A program made the translations under genes and the position numbers. This document shows, piece after piece, positions 71,429 through 81,362 of a DNA stretch of 124,000 nt. Under the pieces are notes generated by a model, which searched no databases, was not told the origin of the DNA, and was given only the letters and a program-made list of their open reading frames with translations. How positions within the stretch are numbered: the first letter of the stretch is position 1; every line of letters begins with the position of its first letter. Source of the DNA: Hyalangium minutum (lineage in GTDB: Bacteria > Myxococcota > Myxococcia > Myxococcales > Myxococcaceae); contig NZ_JMCB01000005.1 in assembly GCF_000737315.1 (NCBI RefSeq), positions 144,001 through 268,000 of the forward strand, written 5' to 3'.

Positions 71429-73255
71429 ATGAGAAAGCCGTTGCTGGTATGGGGGGCATTGCTCCTGGGGGCATGTGGGGGCGCCACGGGGAAGCCATCG
71501 TCTGCCCCGCAGACCGTTCTGCAAGAGAAGCCCGCAGGCACTCCCGGTGTGGGCCCGACGCAGCCGCCCGAGGCGGGAGGTCCCGACACAGGGACACCTC
71601 CGCTGGATCCCGGGCCTCCGGATGCAGGCCCTCTGGAGCCGCTGCCCGCGCCGGACGGGGGCACACTGGCGTCGCCTGCCTGGCCAGCGCTGCAGACTTC
71701 GATTCCGACCTTGGCGCTCACCGTCACGCCCGAGCACCTGCAGGCGCTCGAAGCGAACGTGGAGGCTCGGGACTACGGGGTGCCCGCCCAGTTCACCTAC
71801 CAGGGCCGTACGTGGGCGGTGGAGCTGCGCTACCGGGGCCGCTCGACGCGCGCCGAGCCGAAGAAGCCGTACTCGGTGCGCTTCCCCAAGGACGATCGCT
71901 TCCTCAACGGCGTGAAGCGGCTGGAACTGCTCGCGGCATATAAGGATGCGGGCTACTTGACGGAGAAGCTCTGGTACGACGTGGCGGCCAGCGTGGGGTT
72001 GAAGGTGCCGCGCACCCACTACGTGCACCTCTCGCTCAATGGCCAGTACCAGGGCATCTACACGGAGATTGAAGACCTGGAGAAGGCCTTCCTCCGCGCG
72101 CATGACCTGGATGACGACAGCGACATCTACCGCTGCGGCATGCAGGACTGCGAGCTGCGCCCGCCGCCTCGCGAGGCGTATATGGAGGACTGGGACAAGC
72201 GCACCAACGAGGATCAGCCGTGGGATGGGTTGTGGAACTTCATCGACGGCATCAACCGCACGCCTCCCCACGCGTTCCGCGCCTTCGCCGAGAAGGAGGT
72301 GGCGCTGGACGACTACCTCACGTGGATGGTGCTCGACACCTTCATCTCCAATGATTACCAGGTCGACTCGCGCAGCTTCCTCGTCTACGAGCGCGAGCAG
72401 CGGCAGTGGATCTACGTCCCGTGGGACTTGAACAACGCCCTGTCGCTCTACAGCCGCAAGCACGACGTGCGGCAGGGCGTCTCGGATCGCGTCTCTCGGC
72501 CGCTGTTCGGGTTCACCGCGTATGACCCGTACGTGTACGACCTGGCGGAGTGGCGCCGGAGCTGGGGCGAGTTGGACATGAAGCCGGCGTGGAGCACGCT
72601 CACCACGCGCATCCTGGATGATGAGGTGCTGCGTGCCCGCTACGTCGCTCGCCTGAGGATGCTGCTGGACACCTGGCTCACCGAGGAGAACCTGTCCCGG
72701 CGCATCCACGCGATGCACCAGCTGCTGAGGCCCTTCATTCTCCCCAGCGCGCAGGGGCAGACGCTGGACCCCTTCGTGAGCCCGGAGCACGCGGCCCGGA
72801 GCCCCGAGTTCCTCCGCAACTTCGTGCGCGAGCGCCGCAAGTGGCTGCTGGCCCACATCGCCGACATCGAATCCCTGGGCAGCGGGCCGCTCGTCATCGA
72901 CCGCGTGGGACGGGAGGCCTCGGGCGCGTGGTGGGTGCAGCTCTACAACCGCGGGAACACGCCCGTGTCACTCGACGGTCTGTACCTGTCCGGCTTCACC
73001 CGCGTGCCCACGCAGTCGCTCTTGCCTGCCACCACCGTGGCGCCGCAGGGCTTCGTGACGCTGCGGCAGGGGAGCGCGGACGCCGCGGGGCGGCTCAGTG
73101 CGGAGATCAACGCGCAGCGGCCCGAGCTGTCCCTGTTCGCAGCGGATGGGCGCACGCCCGTGGATCTGCTCTGGCTGGCGCCGCTCGCTCCGGGCGAGGC
73201 CTACGGACGGCAGCCTCGCGGCGCGGAGACGTTCGGTCCTCAAGCGGGACCATGA
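71429..73255 (+). CDS. CotH kinase family lipoprotein with C-terminal lamin-tail-like domain
   Basis: Lipobox GAC-GG; RYRGRST..KKPY, YQGIYTEIE, PWDLN; VQLYNRG LTD-like. Confidence 0.8.
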   Translation: MRKPLLVWGALLLGACGGATGKPSSAPQTVLQEKPAGTPGVGPTQPPEAGGPDTGTPPLDPGPPDAGPLEPLPAPDGGTLASPAWPALQTSIPTLALTVTPEHLQALEANVEARDYGVPAQFTYQGRTWAVELRYRGRSTRAEPKKPYSVRFPKDDRFLNGVKRLELLAAYKDAGYLTEKLWYDVAASVGLKVPRTHYVHLSLNGQYQGIYTEIEDLEKAFLRAHDLDDDSDIYRCGMQDCELRPPPREAYMEDWDKRTNEDQPWDGLWNFIDGINRTPPHAFRAFAEKEVALDDYLTWMVLDTFISNDYQVDSRSFLVYEREQRQWIYVPWDLNNALSLYSRKHDVRQGVSDRVSRPLFGFTAYDPYVYDLAEWRRSWGELDMKPAWSTLTTRILDDEVLRARYVARLRMLLDTWLTEENLSRRIHAMHQLLRPFILPSAQGQTLDPFVSPEHAARSPEFLRNFVRERRKWLLAHIADIESLGSGPLVIDRVGREASGAWWVQLYNRGNTPVSLDGLYLSGFTRVPTQSLLPATTVAPQGFVTLRQGSADAAGRLSAEINAQRPELSLFAADGRTPVDLLWLAPLAPGEAYGRQPRGAETFGPQAGP

Positions 73256-73283
73256 GTTGAAACCCTCGCCAGCCCTGGAGGAG

Positions 73284-73323
73284 GCAGTGGCCCGCCGTCT
73301 CGCCCCGGCGGGCCACTGCTTTT
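73284..73323 (+). terminator. Intrinsic terminator hairpin (CotH gene / RCC1 paralogue 1)
   Basis: Perfect 14-bp stem GCAGTGGCCCGCCG / CGGCGGGCCACTGC followed by TTTT. Confidence 0.75.
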
Positions 73324-73333
73324 GGAGGCGGGC

Positions 73334-75625
73334 TCAGGGCTCCGCGTGGCAGTGGTGCTCGCGGAAACCTTCCGCGGCGCTCAGGTCCTTGAGCTTGCAC
73401 GGCAGCTTCACGCGCACGGGCCGCAGGTGCACGGACAACTCGCCATTGCCGATGTTGCCGAGGCTGTTGCTTCCCCAGGCCATCAGCCTGCCATTCTCGC
73501 GCAGTGCGTACACGGTGAAGGAATCGGCGGCCAGCGCCACCCCGCCGCTCAGCCCCGGCACTTGTGCCAGCTCATACGAGGTGGCCTCCTCGGTGGGGAA
73601 GCCTCGCTCGCTGTAGAGGTTGCTGCCGAAGTTCCAGACCGTGCCGTCGGCGCGGAGGATCTGGATCGAAGAGGCGCTGGCCACCAGGTCCACCGCGCCC
73701 GTGATGGCCTCGAAGGCTTCATCAGGGTACACCGCGAAAAACGGGCTGACGTTCCACTGGCGCGCGGTGCCGTCCGCGCGCAGTGCGATGAGGCCCGTGT
73801 ACATCACGACCACCTTCACCGCGTTGGACAGCCCCGGCGCCGGCTCGGGTGGGCGCGGCATCATGTCGCCGGAGTACCAGGCGAGCATGGTACTGCCCCA
73901 CTGCCACACGGTGCCGTCGCTCGTGATGGCCGCCGAGAAGTCCAGTCCGGCGGCGATGGAGGAGACGCCCTGGAGCCCTTGCACCTGCACGGGCACGGGC
74001 GAGTCGTACAGCTCCAGCGCCACGTTTCCGAGCTGGCCGAAGTAGTTGGCGCCCCAGGCCCAGACGGTGCCGTCACGCTTGAGCGCCAGCGAGTGGAAGT
74101 CCCCCGCGGCCACCGCGACCACGTCGCTCAGGCCCTGCACCTGCACGGGCGTGTCCTGGCCGGCGTCAAACGTCCCCTGGCCCAACTGCCCCCGGAAGTT
74201 ATCGCCCCAGGCCCAGACGGTGCCGTCCTGGAGCGCCACCACCGAGTGGAACGCGCCCGCCGCGATGGCCACGGCGTGCGAGAGCCCCTGCACCCGCTCG
74301 GGGGTTGCGCGGGTGATGAGGGTCCCGTCCGTGATCTCCTGGCCCCACCGCCACACCGAGCCGTCCTGGCGGATCGCCACCGCATGGGCGGAGTTGCTGG
74401 CCATGGCGCGCACGTCCCTCAGGTCCACCCGGGTGGGTGTTGCTTGGCGGTCCGAGCCCGTGCCCATGGCGCCCAGTTGGTTGTGGCCCCAGGTGTACAC
74501 CGAGCCATCCCTGCGCAGCGCCAGGCTGTGGACGGAATCCGCGGCGGCCGCGATCACCCCCTCCAGGCCCGGCACCGGCTCGGGCAGGCCTGTGGGGCTC
74601 TCGGTGCCCCGGCCGAGCTGTCCCGAGTGGTTGGTGCCCCAGGCCCAGAGGCTGCCATCCCGGCGCAGCGCCAGGGCGTGGCTATGCCCTGCCGCCACGG
74701 ACACTACCTGCGTCAGCCCCGGCACCGGCGCGGGCGTGGCCCGGTAGGTGCTCTGGGTCCCATCCCCGAGCTGGCCGGAGAAGTTGGCGCCCCAGGCCCA
74801 GACGGAGCCGTCGGTGCGCACCGCGTACGAGGTGGCGAATCGCGTGTCGATGGCCACCACGTCCGTCAGCCCCGGCACCTGGACGGGCGACAGCCGCTGC
74901 GTCCGCGTCCCATCCCCGAGCTGGCCGTAGCTGTTGGTGCCCCAGGCCCAGACGGTGCCGTCAGCGCGCAGCGCCAGCGAGTGGCTGCTTCCCGCCGCCA
75001 CCGCCACGATCTGGCTGAGCCCTGGGATGGGCGTGGCCAGGAGGCGCCGCGTGGTGGTCCCATCTCCGAGCTGGCCATAGCTGTTGGAGCCCCAGGCCCA
75101 GACGGAGCCATCGCGGCGGGCCGCCAGGGAGTGGGTGTCCCCCGCGACGATCGCCACCACCTCCGTGAGACCCTTCACCTTGACGCGCTCAAACCCGGTG
75201 AGCGTCGTGCCATCCCCGAGCTGGCCCACGTTATTGATCCCCCAGGCCATCACGGTGCCGTCCTCGAGGAGGATCAGCGAGTGCCCGCCCCCAGACGCCG
75301 AGGAGGCCGAGACGGCCTCTGTCATTCTCGGCATCCGGACAGGGAGGCCGGTTCCCAGTTGGATCTCCGGCCACGTGCCGAGATCCCGCCCGAGGCCGTT
75401 ACCCCAGACCCAGACATCCCCGCTCGGGCTCACGGCCACGGAACGATAGCTGTTTGTCGCAAGGAGCCGCCGCGCGGCCCGGTGCTGCCGCTCCGCCAGC
75501 GTGCCCTGCTCCAGCGGCTCTGGCTCCAGTGGCGCCTCGGCTCGGGCGCTCCAGCCCAGCACGAGGCTGAGCCCCAGCATCAACTGCCACAGCAACTCCC
75601 GTTTGAATCTCAGGGTGTGTCTCAT
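73334..75625 (-). CDS. Secreted RCC1-repeat protein, paralogue 1
   Basis: Signal peptide; many AG..HSLAL..DG.VWAWG.N..GQLG repeats. Confidence 0.9.
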   Translation of the reverse strand: MRHTLRFKRELLWQLMLGLSLVLGWSARAEAPLEPEPLEQGTLAERQHRAARRLLATNSYRSVAVSPSGDVWVWGNGLGRDLGTWPEIQLGTGLPVRMPRMTEAVSASSASGGGHSLILLEDGTVMAWGINNVGQLGDGTTLTGFERVKVKGLTEVVAIVAGDTHSLAARRDGSVWAWGSNSYGQLGDGTTTRRLLATPIPGLSQIVAVAAGSSHSLALRADGTVWAWGTNSYGQLGDGTRTQRLSPVQVPGLTDVVAIDTRFATSYAVRTDGSVWAWGANFSGQLGDGTQSTYRATPAPVPGLTQVVSVAAGHSHALALRRDGSLWAWGTNHSGQLGRGTESPTGLPEPVPGLEGVIAAAADSVHSLALRRDGSVYTWGHNQLGAMGTGSDRQATPTRVDLRDVRAMASNSAHAVAIRQDGSVWRWGQEITDGTLITRATPERVQGLSHAVAIAAGAFHSVVALQDGTVWAWGDNFRGQLGQGTFDAGQDTPVQVQGLSDVVAVAAGDFHSLALKRDGTVWAWGANYFGQLGNVALELYDSPVPVQVQGLQGVSSIAAGLDFSAAITSDGTVWQWGSTMLAWYSGDMMPRPPEPAPGLSNAVKVVVMYTGLIALRADGTARQWNVSPFFAVYPDEAFEAITGAVDLVASASSIQILRADGTVWNFGSNLYSERGFPTEEATSYELAQVPGLSGGVALAADSFTVYALRENGRLMAWGSNSLGNIGNGELSVHLRPVRVKLPCKLKDLSAAEGFREHHCHAEP

Positions 75626-75727
75626 GTGTGAACGGCCTCCGGGTGAAGGGGGACTTGCGGCAACACGCCTCCCGCGCGAGGCGGACGCCTCGGGAGGAAG
75701 GGGTGGAACGGGGTGGGAAGGGGACAG

Positions 75728-75769
75728 GAGGAAGTGGCCCGCCGTCTCGCCACGGCGGGCCACTTCCTC
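75728..75769. terminator. Hairpin, second copy of the 73284 element
   Basis: Perfect 17-bp stem GAGGAAGTGGCCCGCCG / CGGCGGGCCACTTCCTC with near-identical loop. Confidence 0.65.
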
Positions 75770-75828
75770 GGGTGCTGGCTCGGGCCTCAGCGCGGTGGAG
75801 CGCGAACACCCTCGCCAGTGCTCAGGCC

Positions 75829-78063
75829 CTAGTACCTGCGCGGCAGTAGGACGCGCTCGGGCCGGAGGTGCATGGGCGACGTGCCGTCACCCAGGGTGCC
75901 GTAACGGTTGCTCCCCCAGGCCATCAGCGTGCCGTTCGCGCGCAGCGCGTACACGGTGGCCGACTCAGAGGACAGCGACACCACGTTCCTCAGCCCCGGC
76001 ACCTGTTTCACCTCGAGGGAGTAGAGGTCCGTGGAGGGGAACCCGCGCTCACCGTAGGTATTCCCGCCGATGTTCCACACGGAGCCATCCGCGCGGAGGA
76101 TCTGCGTCGTGTTGGAGCTGGCCACCACATCCACCGCGTCCGTGAGGCCTTCGAGGGCCATCGGGGGGAACACCCAGTCCGGAGGGCCCAGGTACCACTG
76201 CCACACGGTGCCGTCCGTGCTCAGCGCGGTGATGCCGGAGAAGAACACGCTCACCTTGATCACATCGGAGAACCCCTCCACCGGCGCGGCCGGGTGCGGC
76301 AGCATGTCGGTCCAGAACCAGGTGCCCATGTCACTGCCCCACTGCCACACGGTGCCGTCGTTCCTCACCGCCACCGAGAGGTCCATGTGGGCGTGGATGG
76401 ACGCCACGCCGTCCAGCCGCTGCACCTTCGCGGGCTGCGGCTGGTCGTCCAGCGTCAGGTCTCCGAGCTGGCTGTAGTGGTTGGCGCCCCAGGCCCACAC
76501 GGTGCCGTCGCGCTTGAGCGCCAACGAGTGGAACTCGCCCGCGGCCACGGCCACCACGTTCTCCAGGCCCGGCACCCGCGCGGGGGTGTCCCGGCGTCCG
76601 CCCAGCGTGCCGTCCCCGAGCTGGCCGCGGGAGTTGTCACCCCAGGCCCACACGCGGCCGTCCTGGCCCAGCACCAGCGAGTGCCAGGTGCCCGCCGCGA
76701 TGCCCACGGCCCGCGACAGCTCGCGCACCCGGGCGGGCTTGGGCTGAATGCTGCCGCCCCAGCCCTGCTCGCTGCCCCACGTCCACACCGAGCCATCTGC
76801 CCGGAGCGCCAGCGTGTGGAAGAAGGAGGAGGAGAGGGTGCGCACGTCCTTCAGCTCCACCGGCGCGGGCGAGGGCCGGGCGTGGGTGCCCGTGCCCATG
76901 GCGCCCTCGGTGTTGTGCCCCCAGGCGAACACGGAGCCATCCTTGCGCAGCGCCAGCGAGTGGTAGGTGGCTGCGGCCAGCGCCACCGCGTTCAGCCCGC
77001 GCACCGGCTGGGGCAGGCCCGTGCCGCCCTGCTCCCCGTTGCCCAGCTGGCCGAAGGAGTTGTCACCCCAGGCCCACACGCTGCCATCCCGACGCAGCGC
77101 CAGCGCATGCTGGTAGCCCGCCGCCACGGATACCACCTGCGTTAGCCCCGGCACCGGCCCGGGCGTGGCCCGGAAGGAGTCCTCCGAGCCGCCCCCGAGC
77201 TCTCCGGACTGGTTGTTGCCCCAGGCCCACACGGAGCCGTCCGCGCGCACGGCGTACGAGGTGGCGTGGTGCGTCGCGATGGCTACCACGTTCGTCAGCC
77301 CCACCACCGGCACGGGCCGGAGCTGCTGCTGCTGCGTCCCATCCCCCAGCTGGCCAAAGAAGTTATGGCCCCAGGCCCACACGGTGCCGTCGGCGCGCAG
77401 CGCCAGCGAGTGCAGGTTGCCGGCCGCCACGGCCACGAACTGGGTCAGCCCGTCTACCTGCCAGGGCTTGGGGCGCCGGCTGTCATAGCCCCGGCTCCCA
77501 TCCCCAATCTGGCCGTAGTAGTTGCCACCCCACGTCCAGACGGAGCCGTCCCGCAACACGGCCATGGAGTGCATGTTGCCCGCGGAGACACTCACCGCGT
77601 TCGCCAGCCCCGTCACCGCGACGCGCCCGTCCCGGTTGCTCGTCGTGCCGTCTCCAAGCTCGCCATAGGAGTTGCTCCCCCAGGACACCACTCCGCCGTT
77701 CTGCAGCAGGGCCAGCGAGTGGCCGCCCGAGGAGTCCGCGGCGACGGAGACGGCCCCCGTCAGGCCGGGGATCCGCGCCGGCAGTCCGTTGCCGAGCTGT
77801 TGCTCCGGCCACGTGCCCAGCCGCTGCGCCGGGCCCGTGCCCCAGGCCCAGACTTCACCGTCCTCGCTCACCACCAGGCCGTGCTGAGTGGACGCGGCGA
77901 GCCGCTGCCGCGCGGCCCGTTGCTGCCGCTCCAGCCGTGTGCCCTGCGCCAGCTGCTCCGGCTCCAGCAGCGCCTCGGCCCGGGCGCTCCAGCCCAGGAG
78001 GAGGCTGAGCCCCATCATCAGCTTCCACAACGTCTCCAGCGCGAACCACGTCGAGCGTGTCAT
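75829..78063 (-). CDS. Secreted RCC1-repeat protein, paralogue 2
   Basis: Same architecture and signal peptide as paralogue 1; true start MTRSTW at 78063. Confidence 0.9.
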   Translation of the reverse strand: MTRSTWFALETLWKLMMGLSLLLGWSARAEALLEPEQLAQGTRLERQQRAARQRLAASTQHGLVVSEDGEVWAWGTGPAQRLGTWPEQQLGNGLPARIPGLTGAVSVAADSSGGHSLALLQNGGVVSWGSNSYGELGDGTTSNRDGRVAVTGLANAVSVSAGNMHSMAVLRDGSVWTWGGNYYGQIGDGSRGYDSRRPKPWQVDGLTQFVAVAAGNLHSLALRADGTVWAWGHNFFGQLGDGTQQQQLRPVPVVGLTNVVAIATHHATSYAVRADGSVWAWGNNQSGELGGGSEDSFRATPGPVPGLTQVVSVAAGYQHALALRRDGSVWAWGDNSFGQLGNGEQGGTGLPQPVRGLNAVALAAATYHSLALRKDGSVFAWGHNTEGAMGTGTHARPSPAPVELKDVRTLSSSFFHTLALRADGSVWTWGSEQGWGGSIQPKPARVRELSRAVGIAAGTWHSLVLGQDGRVWAWGDNSRGQLGDGTLGGRRDTPARVPGLENVVAVAAGEFHSLALKRDGTVWAWGANHYSQLGDLTLDDQPQPAKVQRLDGVASIHAHMDLSVAVRNDGTVWQWGSDMGTWFWTDMLPHPAAPVEGFSDVIKVSVFFSGITALSTDGTVWQWYLGPPDWVFPPMALEGLTDAVDVVASSNTTQILRADGSVWNIGGNTYGERGFPSTDLYSLEVKQVPGLRNVVSLSSESATVYALRANGTLMAWGSNRYGTLGDGTSPMHLRPERVLLPRRY

Positions 78064-78179
78064 GCCCGAAGCCCTTTCTTGCGAGTGGCGGACTTGCGGC
78101 AACACGAAGCCCCTGCGAGACGAGCGCCTCGCTGAGAAACCTTCCGTGACTGCCATGTGCCGTGTGGGCAGCGCACAAA

Positions 78180-78194
78180 GCAGCCGACGTGCCA
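78180..78194 (-). promoter_or_regulatory. Candidate sigma54 promoter of the RCC1 pair
   Basis: Minus strand TGGCACGTCGGCTGC, canonical -24/-12 spacing. Confidence 0.6.
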
Positions 78195-78390
78195 GCGGCC
78201 CGGTTCGCGCCGGATTCCCGGATTCCGGTGACTTGGCGGGGGAGCGCACTCCGGGAGTGACAAAACGCTGTGTCACCGGTGACCAAACGCGGCCAGCGGT
78301 GGCGCTTACCCCTCTGCCTCCGCTTGTGTAGAGTCCGCCGCCTTTCGGTAGGGCACCTCTCCCACCTGGGGGGAGGGCAAGGACGCACCT

Positions 78391-79761
78391 GTGAATACCC
78401 ACATCTTCCGCGAGTACGACATTCGGGGCCTGGTCGATAAGGATCTCACCGTCGAGGTGGTGGAGCTGCTCGGCAAGGGCCTGGGCACCATCATCCGCCG
78501 CCAGCACGGGCGCTCCATTGTCGTCGGCCGCGACTGCCGCGAGTCGTCCACCCGCTTCCGCGATGCGCTCGCTCAGGGCCTCACCTCCACCGGCCTCAAC
78601 GTGCTGGATGTGGGCGTGGTGCCTACTCCGCTGACGTACTTCGCGGCGAACACGCTGCCGGTGGACGGGCTGGCGATGATTACGGGCAGCCACAACCCGC
78701 CGGAGTACAACGGGTTCAAGATTGGGGCGGGGAAGACGACCTTCCACAGCCACGAGATTCAGGCGCTGCGGAAGCTCATCGAGGCGCGCGACTTCGAGAA
78801 GAGCGACAAGCCGGGCACCGTCACCCCGTTCGACATCATCACCCCGTACAACCACTTCGTGTTGCAGACGGTCAAAGTGGGGCGCACGGGGATGCGCATC
78901 GTCATTGATGCGGGCAACGGCACGGGCGGCGCGGTGGCGGTGCCGCTGTTCCGGGCCATGGGCTTCGACGTGGTGCCGCTGTTCTGCGAGATGGACGCCA
79001 CGTTCCCCAACCACCACCCGGACCCCACGGTGGTGGAGAACCTCGAGGACCTCATCGAGGCGGTGAAGCGCGAGAAGGCCGAGGTGGGCATCGCCTACGA
79101 CGGCGACAGCGACCGCATCGGCGTCATCGACGACCAGGGGAACATCCTCTGGGGCGACCAGCTGATGGTCCTCTTCAGCCGGTACGTGCTGAAGGAGAGC
79201 CCGGGGGCGGCCATCGTCGGCGAGGTGAAGTGCAGCTACACCTTATATGACGACATCGCCAAGCACGGCGGCAAGCCGGTGATGTGGAAGGCGGGGCACT
79301 CGCTCATCAAGGCGAAGATGAAGGAGACGCACGCGGAGCTGGCCGGGGAGATGAGCGGCCACATCTTCTTCAAGAACCGCTACTTCGGCTTTGATGACGC
79401 GGTGTACTCGTCCGCGCGCCTGCTGGAGATCCTCACGCACGAGCCCAAGAAGCTCAGCGAGCTGCTGTCGGACGTGCCGAAGACGTACGCCTCGCCCGAG
79501 CTGCGCGTGGACACCAAGGAGGAGAAGAAGTTCGAGCTCGTGCGCCGCTGCACGGAGACGCTGCGGGCCGCGGGCCACCAGATCATCGACGTGGACGGCG
79601 TGCGCGTGACGTTCCCGGACGGGTGGGGCCTCATCCGCGCGTCCAACACCCAGCCCATCCTGGTGCTGCGCTTCGAGGCCAACACCCCCGAGCGCCTCAA
79701 GGAGATCCAGCACCTCATCGAGGGCACGGTCGAGCAGATGAAGCGTGAGGTGGGAGGCTAG
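78391..79761 (+). CDS. Phosphomannomutase/phosphoglucomutase
   Basis: FREYDIRG, TGSHNP, DGDSDR, GEMSGH and RASNTQP. Confidence 0.95.
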   Translation: MNTHIFREYDIRGLVDKDLTVEVVELLGKGLGTIIRRQHGRSIVVGRDCRESSTRFRDALAQGLTSTGLNVLDVGVVPTPLTYFAANTLPVDGLAMITGSHNPPEYNGFKIGAGKTTFHSHEIQALRKLIEARDFEKSDKPGTVTPFDIITPYNHFVLQTVKVGRTGMRIVIDAGNGTGGAVAVPLFRAMGFDVVPLFCEMDATFPNHHPDPTVVENLEDLIEAVKREKAEVGIAYDGDSDRIGVIDDQGNILWGDQLMVLFSRYVLKESPGAAIVGEVKCSYTLYDDIAKHGGKPVMWKAGHSLIKAKMKETHAELAGEMSGHIFFKNRYFGFDDAVYSSARLLEILTHEPKKLSELLSDVPKTYASPELRVDTKEEKKFELVRRCTETLRAAGHQIIDVDGVRVTFPDGWGLIRASNTQPILVLRFEANTPERLKEIQHLIEGTVEQMKREVGG

Positions 79762-79763
79762 TC

Positions 79764-80315
79764 ATGAGCGCGCCCCGGATCATCGCCATCTCCGGTAGCC
79801 TCCGCACCGGCTCCTTCAACCGCAAGCTGCTGGCGCTGCTGGTGGAGCAGGCCCGCGCGAAGGGCGCCGAGGTGGATGTGGTGGACCTCAAGGTGCTGGT
79901 GCTGCCCATCTATGACGGAGACATCGAGGCCCAGGGCTTGCCGCCCCCTGCGGTGGAGCTGCGCGAGCGCATCTCCAAGGCCCAGGGGCTGCTCATCTCC
80001 AGCCCGGAGTACAACGCCTCCATCCCTGGGAGCCTGAAGAACGCCATCGACTGGGCGTCGCGTGGCGGGCCCAACGTGTTCAAGGGCAAGTGGGCGGCGC
80101 TTGCGGGGGCCTCGCCTGGCATGTTCGGGACGGTGCGGATGCAGGCCCACCTGCGCCAGTCGCTGACGCACTTGGGCATGAACCTGCTGCCGGACCAGTT
80201 CCTCGTCTCCCACGCCGACCAGGCCTTCACCGAGGAAGGCCGGCTCAAGGACGAGTCCCGGCTCAAGAGCCTCGAGGGGCTCGTCACCGGATTGATTGCC
80301 CGCATCCAGGGCTGA
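79764..80315 (+). CDS. NADPH-dependent FMN reductase
   Basis: GSLRTGSFN, PEYNASIPGSLKNAIDW. Confidence 0.9.
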   Translation: MSAPRIIAISGSLRTGSFNRKLLALLVEQARAKGAEVDVVDLKVLVLPIYDGDIEAQGLPPPAVELRERISKAQGLLISSPEYNASIPGSLKNAIDWASRGGPNVFKGKWAALAGASPGMFGTVRMQAHLRQSLTHLGMNLLPDQFLVSHADQAFTEEGRLKDESRLKSLEGLVTGLIARIQG

Positions 80316-80375
80316 GGTGTAAGGGGCGCCCGCCGCCCATGTCTCCTATATATATAAGGAGCAGAGGAGAGCCTG

Positions 80376-81311
80376 ATGCCGACGCTGGGAATCGATCTGG
80401 GAGGGACCAACGCTCGCGCCGCCGTGGTGGACGAGAAGGGGAACATCCTCACCTCGTCGAAGCTGTCCCTCACCGAGCGCAGCCCTGCAGCCGTGGTGGA
80501 GGTCATCGCTCAGGCCGCCGCCGGGGCCCTGGCCGCCGCGGGAGGGTTAGAGGTGCGAGGCTGTGGAGTGGGGGCTGCCGGGCAGATCCACCGGGACTCG
80601 GGGATCATCGCCGTGGCGCCCAACCTGGGCTGGCGCAACGTACCGCTGGGGGCCATGTTGACGGAGCGGCTCGGGCGGCCGGCGCGCATCGTGAATGACT
80701 TGGCGGCCGCCGCGTATGGCGAGCTGCACGCGGGCGCGGGCCGGGGCGCCACGGATGTGTACACGGTCTTCGTGGGCTCGGGCGTGGGCAGCTGCATCAT
80801 CGCCAACGGCCAGCTGGTGCGCGGCGGTGGCGGCGTGGCTGGCGAGCTGGGCCATACCAAGGTGATTCCCGGGGGCCGGCGGTGCGGCTGTGGCGAGCTG
80901 GGGTGCCTGGAGGCCTACGCGGGCGGGCACAACCTCATCGCCCAGGCGCGCGAGCTGATGGTGGCCGGGCGCTCCACGGTGCTGTCGGACCTGACGGGGG
81001 GCGAGCCCTCGCACCTCACGCCGTTGACCCTCGAGAAGGCGGCGGAGGCGGGGGATCCGGGCGCTCGGGAGATCCACGAGCGGGCCGGGCAGATGCTGGG
81101 CATCGCCATTGCCAACATGGTGACGGTGCTGAACCCGGCGCGGCTGATTCTGGGCGGCGGGGTGCTGATGAACTGCCCGGGCATCCGCCGCTACGTGGTG
81201 GAGGCGGTGCAGACGCTGTCCTCCAACAGCTCCCGCGAGGGGCTGCTCATCGCCGAGGCGGAGTTGGGCGACGACAGTGGTCTCATTGGAGCGGCGATGC
81301 TGGCAGCCTGA
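80376..81311 (+). CDS. ROK family sugar kinase (glucokinase-like)
   Basis: GIDLGGT, ELGH, CGCGELGCLE Zn motif. Confidence 0.9.
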   Translation: MPTLGIDLGGTNARAAVVDEKGNILTSSKLSLTERSPAAVVEVIAQAAAGALAAAGGLEVRGCGVGAAGQIHRDSGIIAVAPNLGWRNVPLGAMLTERLGRPARIVNDLAAAAYGELHAGAGRGATDVYTVFVGSGVGSCIIANGQLVRGGGGVAGELGHTKVIPGGRRCGCGELGCLEAYAGGHNLIAQARELMVAGRSTVLSDLTGGEPSHLTPLTLEKAAEAGDPGAREIHERAGQMLGIAIANMVTVLNPARLILGGGVLMNCPGIRRYVVEAVQTLSSNSSREGLLIAEAELGDDSGLIGAAMLAA

Positions 81312-81362
81312 CCTGCTACGCTGGGCGGAGCGTTGTTCCTCCGCCCCGTAGCGAGGTCATTC

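Noticed and set aside
73334-78063. CRISPR-like or tandem DNA repeats (recurring GCCCCAGGCCCAGAC)
   Set aside because: These are codons of the RCC1 VWAWG motif inside coding sequence. There is no repeat-spacer periodicity and no cas genes.
78064-79017. N-terminal extension of the 1062-aa RCC1 ORF
   Set aside because: It overlaps PMM/PGM on the other strand. The signal peptide and the paralogue alignment place the start at 78063.
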